64,000 nucleotides of DNA from a virus. The position numbers and the translations under genes were made by a program. The notes under the pieces are model-generated. The model was not told where the DNA came from, did not search any database, and saw nothing but the letters and a program-made list of their open reading frames with translations. The DNA is taken from IMG/VR virus record IMGVR_UViG_3300047470_000395, positions 61,781 to 125,780 of that record, one strand, 5' to 3'. Below, piece by piece: positions 58,151 through 64,000 of this stretch; positions within the stretch are counted from its first letter, which is position 1, and the number at the start of each line of letters is the position of its first letter.

Positions 58151-58501
58151 GTGTCTGACACCGCCCCGGCCTCGGACGAGCTCGAGCTGATCTCCGACAA
58201 CCGCTGTGTGCGCTACAACCGCGCGATCCTCGCCCTGCTCCTGGTGAACCTCGCCGCCACCGTCGGGTTCGGCGTCCTCGGCGTGCACGACCGCGACCAG
58301 GCGGCGAAGCCGAACCCGAAGCCGTCGCACACCGCGACGTCGACCCCCAGGCCGAGCGCGACCCCGAGCGCGCCGGAGCCGTCCGGCCCGTCCACCCCGC
58401 TCCCGTCGCTGACCATGCCCCCGGACCCGTCGGGCACCGCGTGCAACATCTTCGACCCCGAGTGCGACAGCGGCTCCAGCACCGGCGGCGCCTCGAGCTG
58501 A
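58151..58501 (+). CDS. Membrane-anchored Pro/Ser/Thr-rich protein
   Basis: SD AAGGA; TM helix; CNIFDPEC. Confidence 0.65.
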   Translation: MSDTAPASDELELISDNRCVRYNRAILALLLVNLAATVGFGVLGVHDRDQAAKPNPKPSHTATSTPRPSATPSAPEPSGPSTPLPSLTMPPDPSGTACNIFDPECDSGSSTGGASS

Positions 58502-58707
58502 CCCCCTCCGCACTGCTGCGCCCCGGCCGGACGACTCCCCGGCCGGGGCGCAGTCATGTCCGGGCCCGCCCGCGGCCGGCCCAGGGTGACCGGCCAGTAA
58601 CCGAGCGGCGGACACAAAACCTCCACATCAGGAAGGGTGCGCCTCCGCTCGCCGCACGTCCGCGGCCGCCGACCGGTGGCCACGTGCCGCGGGCAGAAAG
58701 GAGCAGC

Positions 58708-59175
58708 GTGCAACCGCACGTCATGAAGGCCATGCACGACTGGCGCATGAGCTGGGACGACCAGCAGTTCGCCGCCCAACACGCCTTCACCACGGCGTTC
58801 CCCGCCCTCACCCCGGCGGAGAAGTGCCAGTGCTACGGCCCCACCCTGCGCTGGGAAACCCCCAGCGAGGGCCAGGGCAAGGTGTGCTTGGACGACCACG
58901 GGCGCGCCACGATCGAATTCGAGCGCGTCCCCAAGGCCGCGGTCGGCCAGGCCATGAAGGAGACATGGGGCGCCGACTGGTTCGACGAGGGCCCCGGCGG
59001 GTTCGCCGAGGCGGAGCCAGGCAGCTACCACTACGAGGACGAGCAGTCGTACGCGGAGTACGAGTTCGACGTCCACGACGACGGGACCGTCACGTTCGGG
59101 ATCTCCTACGTGAAGATCGACGACATCGTGACGATCCTCGACGAGCTCGAGCAGGCCCTGGCCGTGCACCGCTGA
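58708..59175 (+). CDS. Acidic hypothetical protein
   Basis: SD AAAGGAG. Confidence 0.7.
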   Translation: MQPHVMKAMHDWRMSWDDQQFAAQHAFTTAFPALTPAEKCQCYGPTLRWETPSEGQGKVCLDDHGRATIEFERVPKAAVGQAMKETWGADWFDEGPGGFAEAEPGSYHYEDEQSYAEYEFDVHDDGTVTFGISYVKIDDIVTILDELEQALAVHR

Positions 59176-59184
59176 CCCGGGCGC

Positions 59185-59232
59185 GAGGTGACGTGACGCG
59201 GTGCCCGGATCCGTACCGCATCACGTCACCTG
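59185..59232. repeat. GTGAC inverted-repeat site (16-N16-16)
   Basis: GAGGTGACGTGACGCG-N16-CGCATCACGTCACCTG. Confidence 0.85.
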
Positions 59233-59252
59233 CCCCCGGCAGAATGGGCGGC

Positions 59253-59801
59253 ATGGACTCCGCCGTCGCGTTCACCGCCGCCCTGGCCATCACCGCCGTG
59301 GGCGGGATCGTGGCCCACCGCATGATGCGCGTCAGCACGTCCGCGGCCGTCCCCCGGCCGGTCGTCGACGGCCAGGCGCTGAGGCGTACGCACGAGCGGC
59401 GCGCAGAGACGTACACCGAGTTCTCCACGACCGCGGGCCAGATCGCCGCCACGGTCATGCTGTGGCCGCACCTGCCGCAGGCCGCCCGACCCCACGCGCT
59501 CGACCAGGCACGCGCCCACCTGCAGAAGCTGTGCGCCCAGCACGCGGCAGTGCTGGCCGACTCCGACACGGGCATCCGGGACGCTGCCGCCGCGGTCGTC
59601 GCCGACTCCGAGCGGCTCGTCGACGCGCTCGTCCTGGACGCCGACCCGGGCCCGGAGGAGCTGCGCCTCGCCGCGGCGCAGGACCTCACCCTGCCGTTCC
59701 TCCGGGCGTGCCGGGAGTACCTCGAGGCCGAGTCCGAACGGCACTTCGGTCTCCACCCCGCCGCCGGGCGCAGCCTGTTCGGCCGCCTCTCCCCGAGGTG
59801 A
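59253..59801 (+). CDS. Membrane-anchored helical protein
   Basis: N-terminal TM helix then HERRAETYTEF. Confidence 0.65.
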   Translation: MDSAVAFTAALAITAVGGIVAHRMMRVSTSAAVPRPVVDGQALRRTHERRAETYTEFSTTAGQIAATVMLWPHLPQAARPHALDQARAHLQKLCAQHAAVLADSDTGIRDAAAAVVADSERLVDALVLDADPGPEELRLAAAQDLTLPFLRACREYLEAESERHFGLHPAAGRSLFGRLSPR

Positions 59802-59842
59802 CGTGACGCGCCCAGAGCTGCGGATTCGCGTCACGTCACCTC
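59795..59842. repeat. GTGAC inverted-repeat site (perfect 16-N16-16)
   Basis: GAGGTGACGTGACGCG-N16-CGCGTCACGTCACCTC. Confidence 0.9.
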
Positions 59843-59896
59843 ACGGCGCACCGTAGCGCGCGACGCAAGCCGCGCCCGTTCGTACGGTCCGCGGTC

Positions 59897-60250
59897 ATGT
59901 CTCCGACCGCCGTACTGCCCCGCACCCGGATCGCCGGCCTCGCGGCCCGCGCCCGGAACATCGTGGACTCCGGCCTGGTCTCCCGCACGGCGGCTGTCCC
60001 CGACTGGCCCGCCCGCCTGGACCAGCTCCACCACCTGACCGCGACCCCCGCCGCCGACCGGGGCGCCGCAATCGCACGGCTCGACGACCGCGTCCTGTGC
60101 GACCTCCTGATCCTGTCGTACCTGCACAACGGCACCCCGTACGCCCTGTGGGCGGACAACCTCGCCGGGTTCGCCGAGGACGTCCTGGGCGCGCCGACGT
60201 GGGCGCACCTGCAGACGTTCGTCGACTTCCTGGCGCGGAGGGACCGATGA
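59897..60250 (+). CDS. Hypothetical protein
   Basis: ATGA overlap with the next gene. Confidence 0.6.
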   Translation: MSPTAVLPRTRIAGLAARARNIVDSGLVSRTAAVPDWPARLDQLHHLTATPAADRGAAIARLDDRVLCDLLILSYLHNGTPYALWADNLAGFAEDVLGAPTWAHLQTFVDFLARRDR

Positions 60251-60696
60251 AGAACTGGCCCCAGAAATATCGGACCCGCCGCATTGGGCGGCGTGCATGG
60301 CTCACGAGCAAGGTCCACCCGCCGGTCAACAACGACGGCATCACCATTCGAACCTGGCGCCTGTTCGCTTTCCCCGTCGACCTCGACTTTGCGCTGGTCA
60401 CGCTCGCCCCGCGAGCAGAGTTCGGTCGCAGAGGCCAGCGTGCTCCCGGCACGTGGAGACGAGCCCTGACGAACTGGTGGCGGTACAGCGGATGGGCGGG
60501 AACGTCCTACTGCCCGGACCGTCCGAACCTGCGGAACGGGGTTGGCCTGGTCGTCCCCTGCCTCCAACTGAGTCTGAACTGGACGACCGACCGGCAGCGC
60601 GCTGTCATATCAGCCCACTCGCTGGAGGCCTGCGCGGCGTGCGAAGAGGAGCAGCGGCGCTTGTGGGAACGCTGGCGGGCGCAGGGCACGACGTAA
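60247..60696 (+). CDS. Hypothetical protein
   Basis: SD GGAGG. Confidence 0.55.
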   Translation: MKNWPQKYRTRRIGRRAWLTSKVHPPVNNDGITIRTWRLFAFPVDLDFALVTLAPRAEFGRRGQRAPGTWRRALTNWWRYSGWAGTSYCPDRPNLRNGVGLVVPCLQLSLNWTTDRQRAVISAHSLEACAACEEEQRRLWERWRAQGTT

Positions 60697-60799
60697 GCCC
60701 CCGCCCCCGTCCACTCTCCCCGCCTCGCCCCAGGGTGCGCCCACCAGGGCCGTGAACACCGCGGTCCGGCACCCCGGGGCAGGCGAGGAGACCAGTGCT

Positions 60800-61156
60800 G
60801 TGAAGGCACGACGGCGAACCGGGCCCACCGACGTGGTGAAGGCGATCGTCTACGACCGGGACGGCGGCGCGTGCGTGCGCTGCAACGGTCGGCAGGACTT
60901 GACCATCCACCACCGCGTGAACCGCGGCATGGGCGGCGCGCGGGAGGCGTGGATCAACCAGGCGCACAACCTGCTGCTCGTGTGCACGGTGTGCAACTCC
61001 TGGTTCGAGGACAACCCGCGGGAGTCATACACGGCGGGGTGGAAGGTCCGCCGGCCGGAGCTGCCCGGCGAGGTCCTGGTGCGCTACCCCGACGGCCGCG
61101 ACTACGTGCTCACCCCCGACGGTGTGCGCTCCACGACCGTGGCGGCCGCCCGATGA
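60800..61156 (+). CDS. HNH endonuclease
   Basis: VYDRDGGACVRC…LTIHHR…NLLLVCTVCN. Confidence 0.85.
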   Translation: MKARRRTGPTDVVKAIVYDRDGGACVRCNGRQDLTIHHRVNRGMGGAREAWINQAHNLLLVCTVCNSWFEDNPRESYTAGWKVRRPELPGEVLVRYPDGRDYVLTPDGVRSTTVAAAR

Positions 61157-61599
61157 AACTCCCCCGCGTCTTCCGCTTCCCCCGCCCGTTCTGGACCGAG
61201 AAGCGGGTACGTCGCGCCTCGCGCGCCCTGACCGTGGCGTTCATCGCCCTGGACCTGGTACTCATCGCGCTCGCCTGGTACCTGTGGCCCGTGCCGTACC
61301 TGGTCACGGCCGCATACACCGTGTGGATGGCGCTGACGTGGGTCAAGCGGCCGCACTTCCTGGACTTCGGACGGTTCACCGCTGGCGTGTGGCCGGTACG
61401 ACCGGACATGAATACGCCGATCCTCGGTCTCTTCTGGGCGCGGCACGGCAACGGCGCCAAGGGTCCGAAGGCTGGCCTCGAGCTCGTGATCGGCAGCCAC
61501 GGCATGGGCGTCTTCGCCCTGGTGCCGCGCAGCGAATGGCCCGCCTACAAGCAGGCGAAGGCCAAGCGGCGCGCCCGGCGGAAGGAGCTCGAGGTATGA
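61153..61599 (+). CDS. Membrane protein
   Basis: Two TM helices; ATGA overlaps on both sides. Confidence 0.65.
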   Translation: MKLPRVFRFPRPFWTEKRVRRASRALTVAFIALDLVLIALAWYLWPVPYLVTAAYTVWMALTWVKRPHFLDFGRFTAGVWPVRPDMNTPILGLFWARHGNGAKGPKAGLELVIGSHGMGVFALVPRSEWPAYKQAKAKRRARRKELEV

Positions 61600-61856
61600 G
61601 CCCCCGCCACCGGATGCAGCGCACGATGCGCGCCCCTCGAGGTCTGCGCCTGGGCCCGATCTGGCTGTGGGCTGCGCGCGTCCCGCAGGGACCGGCCCTC
61701 GGGTACGGGCCGATCGCGACGACCGACACTCCCCGCAACCCAGCTCCCGGCCAGCAGTACATGCGCGAGGGCAGCGGCCGCGTCCTGGTCCTGGGCGGCA
61801 TCGCGTTCGCGGTGCTCCGCTGCAGGTCAGTGCCCGTGCCCGCGCGGCACTCCTGA
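61596..61856 (+). CDS. Small hypothetical protein
   Basis: ATGA overlap. Confidence 0.5.
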   Translation: MSPRHRMQRTMRAPRGLRLGPIWLWAARVPQGPALGYGPIATTDTPRNPAPGQQYMREGSGRVLVLGGIAFAVLRCRSVPVPARHS

Positions 61857-61864
61857 CAGGGTGA

Positions 61865-61884
61865 TTTACCTGGGTGTACTATTC
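61865..61884 (+). promoter_or_regulatory. Promoter-box variant
   Basis: TTTACCTGGGTGTACTATTC. Confidence 0.7.
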
Positions 61885-61964
61885 TCCGCGTTGTGGCGGG
61901 ATGGGGCTTCCCCAGCCGCCGCAGCCGGCGCAAGACCGCGCCACGGAAACGGAGAACAGCCACC

Positions 61965-62585
61965 ATGCCCAAGGCTGGGATTACCTACGGCCCGCGCATC
62001 GCGGCCCCGGACTACGAGCAGATCGCCCGTGACGCCGAGCGCCAGGTCCTTGAGGAGCTCGGCCTCGAGCGCGCCGAGGACCTGGTCGCCAAGGCGCGCC
62101 CCGACACCCTGGTCGTCAAGGCCGCGGAAGTCCTGCAGCAGGCGGACGCGGAGCTCGCGGCCTACCTCGGCGACCGGGACCGGGCGCTCGCACACCTGTG
62201 GTTCTACGAGCAGCGCCTGGGCCTGTCGAAGACCGTGGGCCTGACGAACATCGGCTTCCGCCAGATCCTCGCGAAGATGATGGTCGGCGACAAACGGGGC
62301 GCGCTGCCGGCGAACCTGTCGAACGAGGAGCTTGTCCAGGCCGCGGAGGCGGCAGGCATCGAGCGCGTCGAGAACGCCGAGGCGAAGCTCCTGGAGACGG
62401 CCCCGATCGTGTTCGCCGCCCGGACCCGCCGGGACGTCGCCGTGCGCTACATGCAAGAGGCAGTGCTCGCCCTCTCGCAGGAGCCCTACGGCTGGTCGCC
62501 CGACCGGATCGCCGAACACGCGGGCGTCCACCGTGACTTGATCTACAAGCAGCGCAGGACGGCCCGGAAGCGCCACGGCATGTGA
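61965..62585 (+). CDS. Putative HTH DNA-binding protein
   Basis: C-terminal GWSPDRIAEHAGVHRDLIYKQRR. Confidence 0.7.
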   Translation: MPKAGITYGPRIAAPDYEQIARDAERQVLEELGLERAEDLVAKARPDTLVVKAAEVLQQADAELAAYLGDRDRALAHLWFYEQRLGLSKTVGLTNIGFRQILAKMMVGDKRGALPANLSNEELVQAAEAAGIERVENAEAKLLETAPIVFAARTRRDVAVRYMQEAVLALSQEPYGWSPDRIAEHAGVHRDLIYKQRRTARKRHGM

Positions 62586-62602
62586 CCTCCACCAGCTCCA
62601 CC

Positions 62603-62631
62603 AACCGGCCCCACAGGGCCGGTTCTTTTTT
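62603..62631 (+). terminator. Intrinsic terminator
   Basis: AACCGGCCC-CACA-GGGCCGGTT then CTTTTTT. Confidence 0.85.
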
Positions 62632-62910
62632 GTGCTCTCCCGCAGGTCATACCGGGGACGGGTTCCTGGGCCCCGGTCACCGGAGACGGGTTACCGGGCG
62701 CCGGTTTAGCGGTCGCCGGAGTTCCGGCCCCCGGGTAACTGGGCCCCTTTAGTAAGAAGATCAAGTACATCCATCAAGTCTGTTCCGATGCCTTCGCTTC
62801 GCTCAGGCATCGGCGGGTGCTGGGGCTTGCTAGAGCTCGAGCGCCGAAAGGCGCAGCAGCGGCAGGGGAGCGGTTGTCACAGAATCCGATCACCTGGCGT
62901 TCCCCCGGGC

Positions 62911-63765
62911 ATGACGATGCGACCCATGCCCACCCGCACGATGCTCCCGCCGAACCTCACCCGGCACTACTACGAGACGCAGCGGCAGGCCGCCGCGGGG
63001 GCGGGTCAGGAGACCATCCCCTGGTTCCGGCTCACCGCGGAGCAGCGGGCAGCCGTCGACGAGGACGTGGAGGCCTTCCGGCGCGCGATACGGCAGGCCG
63101 AGGAGGAGCAGGACCTCATCGCCCAGTACAACGCCCCGCCCGCCTCCGACATCCCGGCCGCCGAGGACAGCCCCCGCCCGGAGCCCTGCGCCTGCATGGG
63201 CTGCACGCTGCGCGCCACGTTCACCGAGCTGCTGAAGGAGGCGTACAAGCCCCTCGGCCTGACCGTGTCGGAGCCCAGTGGCCCGCTCGAGCCGTTCGCC
63301 GTCAACGTGATCCCGCTCGACACCCGCCGCTGGGGCGTACCGCTGACCCGCGAGGAGGAGGCCCGCCTGGCGGCCGCCACCGACGAGGCATTCGGGAAGC
63401 TGACCCTCATCACCGCCGGCATCGACTTCGCCGTCCTGACGGGCCCCACCCCCATGGGCCCGACCACCTTCGGGCCCACCGAGCCCAAGTCGAAGGACGC
63501 CATACGCCGTGAGCGCGCCGATGCCGTGTCCCGGCTGATCCGGCAGTGGGAGGCCGACGGCCGCCCGCTCAAGGTCATCTATCCGCCGGAGCCGATCAAG
63601 TTCGAGTCGACGTTCCGCCCCGGCTGGATCGACACGGCCGCGCTCGAGAAGGATCTCCGCCGCCGGTACGGGCGCCCGTTCGAGGCCATGCGCCGCGAGT
63701 ACTGGGCGGGATTGAAGATCGCGCCCCAGGACCCGCTCAAGGGTGTAACGGATTTCTTCGGCTGA
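62911..63765 (+). CDS. Hypothetical protein
   Basis: Coding-like ORF; start uncertain (62911 or 62926). Confidence 0.65.
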   Translation: MTMRPMPTRTMLPPNLTRHYYETQRQAAAGAGQETIPWFRLTAEQRAAVDEDVEAFRRAIRQAEEEQDLIAQYNAPPASDIPAAEDSPRPEPCACMGCTLRATFTELLKEAYKPLGLTVSEPSGPLEPFAVNVIPLDTRRWGVPLTREEEARLAAATDEAFGKLTLITAGIDFAVLTGPTPMGPTTFGPTEPKSKDAIRRERADAVSRLIRQWEADGRPLKVIYPPEPIKFESTFRPGWIDTAALEKDLRRRYGRPFEAMRREYWAGLKIAPQDPLKGVTDFFG

Positions 63766-64000
63766 CGTACTACAGGTGTGGCTGGCTGACAGACCCCGAA
63801 TCGCTCCCGGGTAAAGCAGCCCCAGCCAGCACCCCCCCTAAGACCGGGCGCGGTCCCGCTCCACCTCCCCGGAGCGGGACCGCCCCCGGCAAGACTTCCG
63901 GCACCCACGCTGATCCCTTCCCCGGGTGGCGTCTCCAAAGGAGTGCCGGACCCCGGGGGCCGGGGCGCGGGGGGGGGGGGGGGACCGGGGGCGCGCGGCC

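Larger units (their letters stand above)
1..64000. mobile_element. Large actinobacterial phage-plasmid / prophage-like element (window lies inside it)
   Basis: Tail, lysis and terminase-like genes co-occur with parA, a toxin-antitoxin pair, an iteron replicon and a DUF2637-like gene. No chromosomal housekeeping genes, integrase or element ends seen. Confidence 0.75.

Noticed and set aside
35123-62585. Repeats as a CRISPR array or integron attC sites
   Set aside because: Spacing is gene-sized and irregular; no cas or integron integrase gene; no GTTRRRY/RYYYAAC boxes at the hairpins.
1-64000. Apparent abundance of CTCGAG and GTCGAC
   Set aside because: May simply reflect Leu-Glu and Val-Asp codon pairs; needs a codon-aware Markov test that I cannot run.
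63950-64000. G-rich run as a G-quadruplex or telomere
   Set aside because: Truncated by the window edge, homopolymer length is unreliable, and no Streptomyces telomere palindromes are recognisable.

Overview
High-GC actinobacterial DNA (Streptomyces-type by gene content) from a large phage-plasmid or prophage-like element. 1-10.4 kb: end of a siphophage tail operon (tape-measure C-terminus, three minor tail proteins, a 1886-aa repeat-rich fibre, holin-like genes). 10.8-28.3 kb: maintenance and replication genes (AAA ATPase, DUF2637-like protein, HTH initiator plus DnaC-like loader, ParB-like protein, small-terminase-like protein, endolysin, ssb, a BldN-like ECF sigma with an RsbN-like partner, a second HTH initiator with internal iterons and a DnaA box, a MazF/PemK toxin-antitoxin pair). 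28.4-35 kb: a LexA-box-preceded gene, an XRE/HExxH/MAB_1171c-like/Tat-amidase cargo operon, and parA with a non-canonical partner. 35-63.8 kb: about 45 mostly small unknown genes, nearly all in two arms diverging from 47.7-47.9 kb; they include a TGT/DpdA-like protein, a PAPS-reductase-like protein, an orphan C5 methyltransferase and an HNH nuclease. The strongest unexplained signal is an element-wide cis-regulatory code. It has 16 copies of a covarying stem-loop with a near-invariant AGAGCA loop, usually followed by ACCACGAA and the Shine-Dalgarno, and 9 copies of a TTGCCCWGGGTGTACTATTC promoter-like box. Several proteins of the array carry sliding-clamp-like LF motifs or ssrA-like C-terminal AA tails. 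Also notable: a ~750-bp GGCGCG array, GTGAC-based inverted repeats and an orphan origin-like segment. All family calls come from motifs read by eye; no database searches were run.
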